In this document: positions 39,910 through 52,789 of the stretch, piece after piece
How positions within the stretch are numbered: the first letter of the stretch is position 1
Layout: every line of letters starts with the position of its first letter
Source: Octopus bimaculoides
Taxonomy: Eukaryota
Direction of reading: 5' to 3'
Assembly (NCBI RefSeq): GCF_001194135.2
Contig: NC_068985.1
Coordinates: 68,209,864 to 68,273,863 of the forward strand
Length of the DNA stretch: 64,000 nt
Notes under the pieces: generated by a model
Seen by the model: only the letters and a program-made list of their open reading frames with translations
The model's database searches: none
What the model was told of the DNA's origin: nothing
Translations under genes and position numbers: made by a program

Positions 39910-40939
39910 NNNNNNNNNNNNNNNNNNNNNNNNNNNNNNNNNNNNNNNNNNNNNNNNNNNNNNNNNNNNNNNNNNNNNNNNNNNNNNNNNNNNNNNNNNN
40001 NNNNNNNNNNNNNNNNNNNNNNNNNNNNNNNNNNNNNNNNNNNNNNNNNNNNNNNNNNNNNNNNNNNNNNNNNNNNNNNNNNNNNNNNNNNNNNNNNNNN
40101 NNNNNNNNNNNNNNNNNNNNNNNNNNNNNNNNNNNNNNNNNNNNNNNNNNNNNNNNNNNNNNNNNNNNNNNNNNNNNNNATATATAAACATAAATAATAT
40201 ATAATTATATGCATATATCCATACATATATGTACATACCGACATCTATATGTATACTGGACAGGACAGTGACAACAAACCTTAAGGGCTGTTAGGCCAAG
40301 ACGATAGAAAAATTATTATTTTTTCGAACGCGAAGTTAGATGTGAATGAGAGACAAAAAACATTCACGTCTTTTCTGTAGGAAGGCAGGAAGTAGAAAGA
40401 AAGAATCCCTTTCATCACGTGTCAGCGACGAGAGGGTCAAGGAGGAGGAGTAAGAGTGGGAACGGTGAAAGAAAGAGAACAATCAGGGAGGGTTGGGAGC
40501 GAAAAATAGAAAGAATGAAGTACAAGAGAGGGAGAGAGATAGAGACAGGGAAGCGACAGCAATAGTAGTAGAATGCGCAGTAGAAAATATTAAGATAAAA
40601 CTTACTTGGAGGCAATGCGTGCCGTTCGATCATATAATAACATAAATAATATATAATTATATGCATATATCTATACATATATGTACATACCGACATCTTT
40701 GACATGTTGGTAGAGTATGTTGGTAGAGTATGACATGTTGGTTGAGTATGGAGGACGGTTTTTTGTCGTTATATTGTCTCAAAAAGTCATTTAGTCTCTC
40801 CACAATGCTCCAAGATGTCGCACCTATGTATATCATGTTCTTGTCTTTACAAGCACCTTCTATGCATCTTATGCACTAGACTACATTTCTAGTTCTACAG
40901 TTAATGCAAGGATGAGTCTTACGTACCATTCAGTTATTA

Positions 40940-41610
40940 ATGGTGCGTGTAATATTATCAAAGGGGTCCGTCGTACATAGTTGTGATCTGATGGAGCTCC
41001 CTGGCTTTTCAACGATCTTAATGTTGAGCTTGGCCTCCTTCAGATCTTTCCTAACTTTACGGGCTAGTTCTCCATGGGTTGTGGCCTCTACAATCACCCC
41101 TTAACATTTGTCGGTCTTGTACCACGTTTTCACCCTGTGTGCTTTGTCACAATCTCTTTGTATCGTTTTCCAGTCTTTACTTCTATATCGAAGGCAGGTG
41201 CCACTGGTCTCATTACACATAATGCTATCGAACTTCTTTCAAGCACCCCTGTATACCCGAACCCTATCTTTATGATCATGTCCAGAGAACTGCATGCGGT
41301 GCATGAAGTTTTGTACATATGTTGTTTGACAAAGCTGAGATCTTGTTAACGACATATTTGGAATCTATAGGTTTCATGTAATAGGAGTGGAGGAACAGCA
41401 TTCTGTTGTTCACAGTCTGTAATCAAAGTTCAGTATCAAGGACGGTGAATCTATTGGTAGGGTGCCTAGTAGGGTAATCTATAGTTATCTTGATAATTTG
41501 ATGGATGGAGTTAGCTACGTGCTGGATGCTCTCCATTATGCTCATCTCGGTTTCTACATTACCGTTATTAGATTTAACTGAAAGAGTATGATTGTGAAAA
41601 CAAGCCATTA
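40940..41610 (-). mobile_element. Penelope-like retroelement RT/thumb fragment (Neptune-like)
   Basis: VANSIHQIIKITIDYPTRHPTNRFTVLDTEL, SYYMKP, VIVEATTHGELARKVRKDLKEAKLNIKIVEKPGSSIRSQLCTTDPF. Confidence 0.65.
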
Positions 41611-41782
41611 AAAGTGATGAAACTTCGGAAGGATCTCTGGAGTAACATTACACATAAGGTATGTTGTTTTTATATTAATGAATCTATCCAAGTCGAGACG
41701 CTACTTCTCGGAATTTAGATGCCACAGCTCCATAACTACTGATATTTGTTTAAAATGTGGCTGGAAAGAATCACAAGTATTA

Positions 41783-41850
41783 GTACGCGTGGGAATCGAA
41801 CCTACACCTCTTGTATTCGCAATAAGCATGCCAATCGATTACAAACTGTG
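41783..41850 (-). mobile_element. tRNA-like SINE head fragment
   Basis: B-box GGTTCGATTCCC on the minus strand; cannot be folded into a full cloverleaf. Confidence 0.35.
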
Positions 41851-42041
41851 TGTAATTTTGAGCATACTTATGGTGGATATATGTGTTCGATTCTTACGCG
41901 TACTAATAAACACTGTCTTCTGTCGAGGGCTTATATGCCCGAATATTAGCTTATTTTCTTCAGCTAATACACGGTGAGAACAGAAAAAACTTAAAGCTTA
42001 TCATTATTAATTTACACACACACACACACAAACACACACAT

Positions 42042-42084
<43 letters not shown>

Positions 42085-42339
42085 TATATATATAGATATT
42101 TATGTATGTGTATATGTATGCATGTAAGTATATGTGTGTGTATGTAATCCTTTGTAGAATAAACAAGAATATGGAATATACTTTACGAACTAACCAGAAA
42201 CGTAGTTGGCTGCTGTAATTTTGGTTTGCTCCAAAGTGAGATATAGATACGAAGAAGTGCAGGAGTGAAGATACTATCCAAAGTCGTTTGATGTTTACAT
42301 AGCAATATGTCTCTGTTCGGCTCACTATAAGAACTGAGC

Positions 42340-43290
42340 TCATTAGTAACCCACTTATTCTGTGTTATTTTCAGGATTAGAATCATTATCAGCAAAATCT
42401 TCCAGACCTTCTGTAAATGCCAAACGTTTAGTCAAAACCTTTGTATTCAACTGAAATGGACCATTCTGAGCTTTTCTATATTCTTGCACTGCAGCTTAGT
42501 CATGTCATCAGCATCTCATTAGACAAATTTCATTCGTTGTACCTAACAATTCAAACGCAGCATCTTCAACAACTTCATTTAATCCGCAACATTTGACAGT
42601 GTTACTTAATTTTGGAGTACGTGTAGATTTTCTGCTCTTGGCAAAGCAAGAAATTCAGCGTGAGTGTCTGGGTCAGAGGCAGACTGAGAATATTAAGGGC
42701 CCTTGGGCATAATTGTTTACCGGGCCCCTTAGCATTGATTTAGCTTACATGTAGAGTACAGGCCACACAGTGCTCCGGGTCATTGGGCAGTGCTCAATTG
42801 ACCGACGGCTCAGTCCACTCCTGGTCTGGGTATATATTTTGCAAATATCATTCCTAACTGGATGTTTTATTTCATAACATGACATGGGTACGGTATCAAC
42901 CACACTCTTTTTAACATGTTATAGTAGACTGTATCTGTAAGTTGATTCTCCCCATCAACTACTCTTATGAAGTGATCATATTTTGACTCTCTTGCAGGAT
43001 TAAAAAGCTGTATTGTTGACTATATACTTCATTTGCACTTTCGCAGTATAAGAAATATCATGTTACGCCACTGGATGACTTGGCGCAAAAGATTAGCCGT
43101 TTGGAGACTTTATCTAATCATATATTTATCATTACGATTTGTTTTTACCGTATATCTTCCGAGCTTTAAGATTTATGCAGTATGAGTGTTTTGCCTCCTG
43201 TATCAAACATAATCACTTTACACCTCCTTTTCGCGCTGCTTTCATAACTTCCATTTCTAGATTCTCTTCCTTCCTGTCATCCTTTTTTTA
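42340..43290 (-). mobile_element. Probable Tigger/pogo transposase remnant interrupted by a MITE
   Basis: GLNEVVEDAAFELL...LTKRLAFTEGLEDFADNDSNPE resembles the Tigger C-terminus. The upstream part is only weakly HTH-like. Confidence 0.35.
42674..42823. mobile_element. 150-bp hAT-type MITE with a perfect 8-bp TSD
   Basis: TSD GTCTGGGT at 42666-42673 and 42824-42831. Imperfect TIRs CAGAGGCAGACTGAG / CTCAGTCCACTCCTG. Confidence 0.85.
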
Positions 43291-43629
43291 TGGATAATAT
43301 ACTGCAGCTTGCGTGTTTCTAGATAAATCGAGTAGCAGCAATGAATGTCGACAAAATCCACACGATGCTGTTCCAAAGAATGTGGTAATGTTCTGGATGG
43401 GATACAAAATATAGAAGAAAACAAACGAAAGAGATGAAGAGGTAATGATTGATTAAATACTCTTTCATTAGATTTAGGAACACGATTAGGTCAGTTGAAT
43501 TGATGCACGCGTAAATAATGTAGGAGAACACGTAGGTCCTACCTAATTTCGAAAGACAAAACGTACGTATCTTCTTCATTTTACTCCAAAAATTAATATG
43601 TAACCGAATTTTCTGAAATGCGAAATTAT

Positions 43630-43780
43630 AGGATTTATTTGTTTATTGGTTTCAGTAATTGGACCACAGAGTTACTGAGGTACTACGTTAAAAGGTTTAG
43701 TCGAAAAAATGTATCTCTAACAGTTGTTCTATTGGTCTCTTATTGCCGAAACGTAAAATTACGAGGTAGTAAACAAACCA
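43630..43780 (-). mobile_element. Old partial SINE B
   Basis: gtttcagtaattggac...tttagtcgaa...ggtctcttattgccgaaacg. Confidence 0.5.
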
Positions 43781-44394
43781 AAACTGGTTCTACATACACA
43801 AATATTTAAATAGAACAGGTAAGAGAAATGAAGAAAGAGAATAGTTGCAAATTTCATTCGTTTATAGCTGTTACATAAACTTGTTCGTTCATCATCAGCT
43901 AGTCGAGCTTGCTTGGACATTTGTTATTTATATAATATATATTACTTGAACATACGCACTTATACAAAATATACATATAAATATATATCTACACACATAT
44001 ATACAAGCTGAAATATTCACAAACAGACTAATCTTCAAAACGATAGTTGGTCTTTCAAAACATCAATTCTATTGCAGACAGCAAACTGAAGTAATATATA
44101 TCCCCAATGATAGATTTACTCAGAAGGTTACAACTTATGGTTTGCTTCAAAGGAGCAATAGCCATATATCAATATAAATTCAGAGAAAAATGTAGTAGAT
44201 AAATACAATGAATTAAAACATTCAAAAACATAAAAACAAAAATTCAAAAATCAGAAAAATATAAATGTAAATAAAAAATAATTTTATCAAAGAAGTTGGC
44301 TTCAAAGGATGACATGGGTACTAAGAGAGAACTATTTTCTTATGAAAGGTAGGTTCACCAGTTTAACCATATCTTTAACTTCTATATTTTACAT

Positions 44395-44570
44395 ATTTCA
44401 GTCAATAGACTCTGGTGATACAAGGGCAACACCTGAAGAATTTTAGTCGAATGAATCGACATTAGCACTTCTTAAATTCTTTAAAGTCTGGTACTTATTA
44501 TTCTACTCTCCCTTTTGCTAATTTTCGAAGACGCTCACTCACCAATATCAGTTGCCAAACGGTGTATGCG
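44395..44570 (-). mobile_element. Old partial SINE B
   Basis: tttcagtcaatagact...ttttagtcgaatgaatcgac...aagtctggtacttatt. Confidence 0.5.
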
Positions 44571-44714
44571 ACAAACACAGCCGCAAAGAGACACGTATGC
44601 ACACACAGAAACTGGGAGACTGGCTGCACGGATTTTTAAAGGACAGAAGTCTAGCAGAGTTACTCAGGTAACTGTATTGGACCACTACTGTTTTTAGTGG
44701 CTCTCTCAGATTTG

Positions 44715-45245
44715 CCGTCAGTCGTACAGTCAGCTACTCTCACCAGCTACGCTACTTATACAAAAAGTATCTCAAGCAGTCAAGGACTCTGATGACGTAG
44801 CGACCTGCAAAGCGACCTGCATGCAATATAAAAATGGGCTGACGAAATAACATGCAGTTCAATGCTCATTAGTTTCAAGCACTCTGCTATCGGCCCACAT
44901 ACAGACTAAATTTCAAATACATAAGACTAGGGGGAAACCCAGAGTCAGAATCGGTGCTTGACCTTGGAATCCACACGAGTAGTGATGCAACATTCCATAT
45001 GCATATTGCCAGGATGGCAACACTGTGCAGGCGAATAACTGGATAGAGCCGTATACCATTCAAAACCAGGATACCTTGCTACTCCTTTGACGGACATTTG
45101 TCCTCAGTCGTCTGGATTAGTGCTCCCAACTGTGGTCACCGCAGAGTGTCAAATTGGTGGCGGAACTTGAGGCGATCCAACTACACAAAGAAGATTGACT
45201 TGGTGCAACAGATGAACTACTGGGAGAGGCTACAAGAATAGAAAT
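44715..45245 (+). mobile_element. CR1-clade LINE RT C-terminal fragment
   Basis: KVSQAVKDSDDVATLQSDLHAIYKWADE.NMQFN, DLGIH, RTFVLSRLD*CSQLWSPQ, LEAIQ, MNYWERLQE. Confidence 0.8.
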
Positions 45246-45347
45246 AATAATAATGACATCGAAAAATACCTTAGGAATGAGAACCCATGTTCCCTATATA
45301 GATAGATAGATAAGTATATATACATATACATATACACATGTGTGTGC

Positions 45348-45387
<40 letters not shown>

Positions 45388-45869
45388 NNNNNNNNNNNNN
45401 NNNNNNNNNNNNNNNNNNNNNNNNNNNNNNNNNNNNNNNNNNNNNNNNNNNNNNNNNNNNNNNNNNNNNNNNNNNNNNNNNNNNNNNNNNNNNNNNNNNN
45501 NNNNNNNNNNNNNNNNNNNNNNNNNNNNNNNNNNNNNNNNNNNNNNNNNNNNNNNNNNNNNNNNNNNNNNNNNNNNNNNNNNNNNNNNNNNNNNNNNNNN
45601 NNNNNNNNNNNNNNNNNNNNNNNNNNNNNNNNNNNNNNNNNNNNNNNNNNNNNNNNNNNNNNNNNNNNNNNNNNNNNNNNNNNNNNNNNNNNNNNNNNNT
45701 ATATATAGTGAGAGAGAGACTCGCACACATACTCGCAGAAAGCCACAAATATAAAAGACTTGCTGTCTTCCCGGTTTACATCATTTCTGCATATAACCTG
45801 CATAAAAGGTGGGAAATAGAAACACTTCATTATACTCTATCGTATTAAGTTAACCTTGTATACTCATAT

Positions 45870-47535
45870 TTCCTTTTGTAAATTTTGTTTCATTTCTCTT
45901 TTGCGATTTGCTGTTCTTGCTGGTTTGATGTATAATGTTCCTTCAGCAAATTCAGCATCTGATATGATTTTTGCTTTCACCCTCTTGCTCTGAGCCGGTG
46001 CTACACTAAAGCTCTGAGCCAGTGCTACACCAGAGTTCTGGTGTTTCTCTAACGCAAGACGCATACAATAGTCCACCACGATGAATAAAAAGTAGGGAGC
46101 TAATGTATATCCCTGAAGCACTCCGTCCAGTATCTCGAAGAACTCCGTCATCCCGTTAGGTGTAATGATTTGGGCTCTTGTGTTAGTGAGAAGCAGTGAT
46201 ATCATGTCCAGTATCTTCTTGGGGATTCCAGAAGCCTGTAAGATCTTCATCAGGCAGTGACGGTCCACAGAATCAAATGCCTTCCTAAGTCAATGCAAGC
46301 CATGACAGCGGGAAGACTCTTTGCTCTAGCTCCCTGTAATACCTTCTTCACCATTAGGATGTGATTGGTGGTTGATATTCCTTCTCTGAAGCCGTTCTGG
46401 TTGACCTTGAGCTTATTTTCCATCTCGAGCTGCATCCTGTTAAGAACCATTCAGTTGAAGGTCTTTGCCACGATTGACATCAGTGAGATCCCATTGTAGT
46501 TGTTGGTGTCAGAGAGATTTCCCATCTTTTTACTGATCCTCCACTGAACGATTTTACTGATCCTCCACTGAATCGGGGCAACTCATTTTTCCAGTGCCTG
46601 GTTACAGAACTCCAGGACGATATCATCAAAATCACACCTCTTCATCACCTCTGTGCTACTGCATCTTATTCATAAGCCCTGCTCTCTTTGCTCTTCTTCT
46701 TGGCTCTCTGAATCTCCTCATTGGCAACGGGTCCTGTCTAAATATCCAGTTCCTCAAACCGCTGTCTGATCTCCCCAGTGTTTCGGATTGTGGAAGGCGG
46801 CTCTCTTAGTAGAGTTTTAGAATGGTTAAGCCATTTACTCTTGAGGATCGTCCAGCTCTCTTTACAAGACTCGTCAACGACTCTCTCCACACTTCTGATC
46901 TTCTCCATAAGTGCCTCAGTGTAATCGGTACAGTTCTTCCGTCATCACCTCCAAATTCTCTTTCATCTCCTCCGCAGGATCAGCAAGGAATTGGTCCTTA
47001 ACATCTTTCAGATGTTCTCTAGCTGCACGCACTTTGTGGTCTGCAGAGCAGACGTTCCATCTCTTCTTCTCTCTCCTCAGAACCTCACTTACTTCTGCCA
47101 CTGCTCTGGCGAAGTACCTGTATCTCAACGTCACACTCTCCTCAGTCCCTAGAATCTCTCCTCTGCCTCTCCACACGGAGCACTTCTACTGTGTACCCCT
47201 CCTGTAGCTTATCATCTTCCTTGAAAGCTCCCCAGTCATAGATTGTTCTCTGGGGTGAGCCGTACTCTTTCTTGAGCTCACATGGACCTTACTTATAACA
47301 GTCCGGTGGTCACTGCCCAGTGTACTGAAATAGTTGCATGTTTCTGTGTTCAGAACACTTTTCCGCCACTTCTTCCACACCAGAATGAGCTCAATCTGTG
47401 ACTTGGACAGCTGCATATGAGATATGTAGGTCCATATTTTCCTTGGATTCTTCCTAAGCCTTGGGTTGACTGCCATCAAGTTCGCCTCCAGCAGGTGTCC
47501 GTGAGTACTCTCCCATTTCGGTTAATGTTGTTATG
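45870..47535 (-). mobile_element. RTE-clade LINE fragment (endonuclease end to RT core)
   Basis: GSDHRTVISK, NYNGISLMSIVAKTFN, NQNGFREG..T..HIL, AFDSVDR, EILDGVLQGYTLAPYFLFIVVDYCMR. Confidence 0.92.
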
Positions 47536-48383
47536 GAAGTTATTCTCTAAATATCCAGGCAAGTTACACGAAAGAACTTAATCTTTTGATATATGACTAT
47601 GTTTACGGTTTCGATTCCACAACACCTAAGTTTGAATTAGTGCGATCTAAATTAGACATGAATTCACTAAAACGCCTTTGAATGGAATGCATTTGAGGAA
47701 CACTATGCGAAATTTCATCCATCATGTATGTGTGTGTGTACTTGAATGCGCGCATTAGTGTGTAAGAAAGAATGTATATATGTACATCTATATATATGCA
47801 TATAAATGTACATATAAATATGTATATACATATGTATATATATGTATATATATATTGCATGTGTATATATATACACATACACACATAGATTGGCAATTGT
47901 ATATATANNNNNNNNNNNNNNNNNNNNNNNNNNNNNNNNNNNNNNNNNNNNNNNNNNNNNNNNNNNNNNNNNNNNNNNNNNNNNNNNNNNNNNNNNNNNN
48001 NNNNNNNNNNNNNNNNNNNNNNNNNNNNNNNNNNNNNNNNNNNNNNNNNNNNNNNNNNNNNNNNNNNNNNNNNNNNNNNNNNNNNNNNNNNNNNNNNNNN
48101 NNNNNNNNNNNNNNNNNNNNNNNNNNNNNNNNNNNNNNNNNNNNNNNNNNNNNNNNNNNNNNNNNNNNNNATTATGACTAAAATCCAATGACTGCAACGC
48201 ATTTTCAAACACACCCAGTGAAACTCAATATTTGAATGAATATGTATGTATTCAAATTTACACCTAATACTGAATTTGCTCGGCATACGCACATAGTATA
48301 TACGCAAACACGGTTCACACGCGCGTGTGTATGTGTGTGTGCGCGCGCGTGCATATGTACGTGTGTATGTGTGTTTGTGTGTG

Positions 48384-48416
<33 letters not shown>

Positions 48417-49639
48417 TTGTTAGCGTGTGATATGCTTGGGTTTTGTGTGTGATATTCAGAACACCTCTAACCTTCGCAAATATATGAACGCACCTATTTC
48501 TATGCACTCACATAGAAACTCAGAACGTTCTCATCAATATATATGCCTTCTTTAACGCTTAGAACCATTACGAGAGAATAACTTTTAGACGTCAAGGTAT
48601 TTAGTCTTAAAAAGATCTTCAATTATTTCTGTCTTTCTGTCTTTCGCTTTGCCCTTTCCTATATTCCTTTAGGCAAATATTTCTCCTGTGTAGCTTCCAC
48701 TCAACTGTGCAGAACTGATGATGTATCGAAAATAGAGCCATCTGACAGATAGCTGCCTGTAATTACAGTACATTCAGTGCATGAGACTCACCTCGCTACC
48801 CATTCGTTTTCTTACTAACATGTCATTAGTCCAAAATAGTTCGTTTGATTATATCATTTATCATATTCTACACCGTAGGCTTTGAACTGGCACTGGGTCT
48901 TTATTTCGATTATTCATTTCTTCCCAATTGTCTTGCTATTCGCTTTCTTTGAGAAAATAGGTATTTTTCTTTTGCCGATCTATAAACATATATCCCAAGT
49001 GTTGTGCCCAGGGGGACTAAGTAATCAACGATTCGACCATTGCCTTTTCATTTTCTTCACATTTTCTCTTTCCAGTATCAATTGACTTTCATTTCTTTTT
49101 ATGCTAGTCAAAGATTAGTAAGAACCGACTTGAACAATGGGGAAAATGGAACCGAACTGGTCGTTATGCGCATACTAAATAATGATCACTTGATGACCAA
49201 AAGCACGAAATTATACTGAGCGATAATAATAACAAGTAATGCTACTTTTCAAATATATTTTAATGACTATAATGTTATTTTGATATAAAGGATTGCGATT
49301 AGTGTGAAAGAACTGCTAATTAACATACAAGGTTTGATTCACATTTGAAAATCCTCTCAGGCGTTATATGTTGCATAAATAAAAAAATAGAAAACAACGA
49401 CTTAAATACGCCCAAATTTTTATGATCACTTTGTTTGTTCTCTGAGAATGTATATAGCAAAAAAGATTTTGAAAAAGATATGATTTTTTACAAGGGCTGT
49501 CGCAAATGTAAAAAAAAACATCTAATTAACTTTCACCGGGAAACGAAGATCAAATCAGCATCTGCATATCTACTGCGGAGGAGAATACCAGTCGATTCTA
49601 AAAATTAAAAGAATTTAAAAATACAAGTTATATCAACGA

Positions 49640-50215
49640 GATAACGGCTGGGACACAGCAAATTACTCAAACTAGCCACCGTCAGCTTTCACCACGGCCT
49701 CAATATGGCTACGGAACCTGGTTCATGCGTTCCTCATTGTATCTCTGGGAAAATCTTCAAAGACCTTGATGAGGCTTAACAGCCTCGGCCAAGGAGATGC
49801 AGGAAAATAGGTTGATATTTGTCTGATTATATCATTTATCATATTCTACACCGAAGGCTTTGAACTGGCACTGGGTCTTTATTTCGATTATTGACCGGAG
49901 AAATTAGGAAGCCAGAAATTTGGACAAGTGAAATCCGTAGAAATCATCCACTTCTGACACATTTCAGTGGTATAACAAGAGCTGAATCCTGCTGCCACGC
50001 GTAAGGCCTTCCCGCAGCAACCCTCTCCAGCCATGGATTGACCATAGTACTCACAGCTTCACATACCCATCTAAATTGAGCATAAAGCCCTGTTCAAAGA
50101 TATGGAGATGAATACTTGTGTGAAGGATATGTAGCATCCGTTGCATCTTTTTGCCAAAATTTCAAACCGATAGCATTGCATTGAAAAGGTAACATTCATC
50201 TGTTCAATCCATTAA
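49640..50215 (-). mobile_element. maT (DD37D) mariner transposase fragment with a foreign 69-bp insertion
   Basis: VNPWLERVAAGRPYAWQQDSA, QKWM..DFTCPNFWLPN, VFEDFPRDTMRNA*TRFRSHIEAVVKADGG. Confidence 0.8.
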
Positions 50216-50581
50216 TTCCGCATGAAAGTTACACCTCTCAGACGATTTAATCCTTAGCTTGTACTTTGCGTTATATAACCGACCACCAGCTTATGTTGAG
50301 GAAATATAAGTGAGATTACGTCACTAGATATATCGTATATACGTACTAGATAAAACAGCACGAGGTAAATCGCCGTCACTAATTATTACCCGAGCAAGTT
50401 GCTTGCAAAGAGAGCTCCTTAACTACACGCTCACGCATGAGTGTGTGTGTGTTTTATCGTTTTCATTATTTGGGCTGCGGGCATGCCATGGCACAGCCTC
50501 ACGATTTTCATACTTTTACTATGTATTTATACATATATATACATTTTCATATTTTCACTATGTATTTATATACATGTTTGT

Positions 50582-50622
<41 letters not shown>

Positions 50623-50879
50623 AGTAAAAATAAATACAAGAAAGGTGTTTTTTTTGTATGATTGTGTATAGGGGAATATATTATTTTGTTTAAAAGAGTT
50701 CCAACACTGTCTATTTTTTATGTTTTATTTATATTCCTGTAGAACCAATGTAAGGTATAGAATATGGAATATACAATATATAATATAAAATAAAATAAAA
50801 TAAAAATGGATGGCACCATGAAATAAAGTATTGAATGTAGATGAAATATTGAGTGTTCAATATAAAGGATCAAATATAT

Positions 50880-50919
50880 GACTCGAGTTTCAGGGCTATT
50901 TCCCTTCGTCATGGCCGGT
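50880..50919 (-). ncRNA. Hammerhead-ribozyme-like motif with a palindromic stem III (Penelope-type)
   Basis: Minus strand ACCGGCC ATGACGA AGGG-aaatag-CCCT GAAAC TCGA GTC. C3 is replaced by A, and no stem I partner follows the GTC. Confidence 0.45.
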
Positions 50920-51046
50920 NNNNNNNNNNNNNNNNNNNNNNNNNNNNNNNNNNNNNNNNNNNNNNNNNNNNNNNNNNNNNNNNNNNNNNNNNNNNNNNNN
51001 NNNNNNNNNNNNNNNNNNNNNNNNNNNNNNNNNNNNNNNNNNNNNN

Positions 51047-51086
<40 letters not shown>

Positions 51087-51181
51087 CAAATATGTATAGA
51101 CATATATATACAGACATATATGTACACATATATACGAATATTATATATTCATTTGTCTTTGTATATGTATGTATGTATATA

Positions 51182-51240
<59 letters not shown>

Positions 51241-51372
51241 GTATATATGTGTATATATATATATATATGTATATATGTATATATACATGTCTATATATAT
51301 TTATGCATGTATATGCATGTATGTATATGCATGCATGTATATGTATGTGTATGTATACATATATGTATAAGC

Positions 51373-51424
<52 letters not shown>

Positions 51425-52329
51425 NNNNNNNNNNNNNNNNNNNNNNNNNNNNNNNNNNNNNNNNNNNNNNNNNNNNNNNNNNNNNNNNNNNNNNNNNNNN
51501 NNNNNNNNNNNNNNNNNNNNNNNNNNNNNNNNNNNNNNNNNNNNNNNNNNNNNNNNNNNNNNNNNNNNNNNNNNNNNNNNNNNNNNNNNNNNNNNNNNNN
51601 NNNNNNNNNNNNNNNNNNNNNNNNNNNNNNNNNNNNNNNNNNNNNNNNNNNNNNNNNNNNNNNNNNNNNNNNNNNNNNNNNNNNNNNNNNNNNNNNNNNN
51701 NNNNNNNNNNNNNNNNNNNNNNNNNNNNNNNNNNNNNNNNNNNNNNNNNNNNNNNNNNNNNNNNNNNNNNNNNNNNNNNNNNNNNNNNNNNNNNNNNNNN
51801 NNNNNNNNNNNNNNNNNNNNNNNNNNNNNNNNNNNNNNNNNNNNNNNNNNNNNNNNNNNNNNNNNNNNNNNNNNNNNNNNNNNNNNNNNNNNNNNNNNNN
51901 NNNNNNNNNNNNNNNNNNNNNNNNNNNNNNNNNNNNNNNNNNNNNNNNNNNNNNNNNNNNNNNNNNNNNNNNNNNNNNNNNNNNNNNNNNNNNNNNNNNN
52001 NNNNNNNNNNNNNNNNNNNNNNNNNNNNNNNNNNNNNNNNNNNNNNNNNNNNNNNNNNNNNNNNNNNNNNNNNNNNNNNNNNNNNNNNNNNNNNNNNNNN
52101 NNNNNNNNNNNNNNNNNNNNNNNNNNNNNNNNNNNNNNNNNNNNNNNNNNNNNNNNNNNNNNNNNNNNNNNNNNNNNNNNNNNNNNNNNNNNNNNNNNNN
52201 NNNNNNNNNNNNNNNNNNNNNNNNNNNNNNNNNNNNNNNNNNNNNNNNNNNNNNNNNNNNNNNNNNNNNNNNNNNNNNNNNNNNNNNNNNNNNNNNNNNN
52301 NNNNNNNNNNNNNNNNNNNNNNNNNNNNN
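51425..52329. other. Largest N gap; all gaps in the window except two junctions abut (TA)n
   Basis: Other gaps at about 5682, 9079, 17372, 23066, 36147, 39910, 45388, 47908, 50920 and 62904. Confidence 0.98.
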
Positions 52330-52369
<40 letters not shown>

Positions 52370-52789
52370 CATAGTTAGGTTATATTGTAGTAAGTACGTA
52401 GTAGAGTACAGTGAAAGCTCGTCCACCTTCAGATTACACCCGGTGCTATCCAGTAGCAGAATGATACCTACTGCCAGATTTGCACTGAATCTTCTGTAGT
52501 GTGTGTACCGATAATTGACTCCAAATTGTTCAAATATATACACACACACAACCATATGTGTCTGTCTGTCTGTCTGTATGTATGTATGTATGTATGTATG
52601 TATGTGTTTGTATATGAGTGTGTGTGAACATTATTGTAGACTTTAAAGAAAGTGTCACTAATAATTTCTTGCATACGCTTCCATACTGGCTTCGGAGAGG
52701 AATACTGGGAATCTCTTTGTCTAGGTATCCTTACTGATCTACCGACTTAACCTCAAAATCAATAGTTTATCGTACTTGTGTCGGTGTCA

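Noticed and set aside
41783-41850. Possible tRNA gene
   Set aside because: Only a B-box-containing 3' half; no acceptor-stem pairing or full cloverleaf, so it was called a SINE head.
43865-43901. Minus-strand CTGATGA-TGAAC...GTTT-ATGTAACAG, PLE-terminus-like
   Set aside because: The GAAAC core is absent; at best a badly deleted fossil.
48715-48740. CTGATGA TGTATC GAAA string
   Set aside because: No stem II, stem III or stem I can be formed; a chance match.
50853-52555. Longest ORFs in the track (401-548 aa) and similar X-rich ORFs elsewhere
   Set aside because: Made of N gaps and (TA)n repeats, so they are artefacts.
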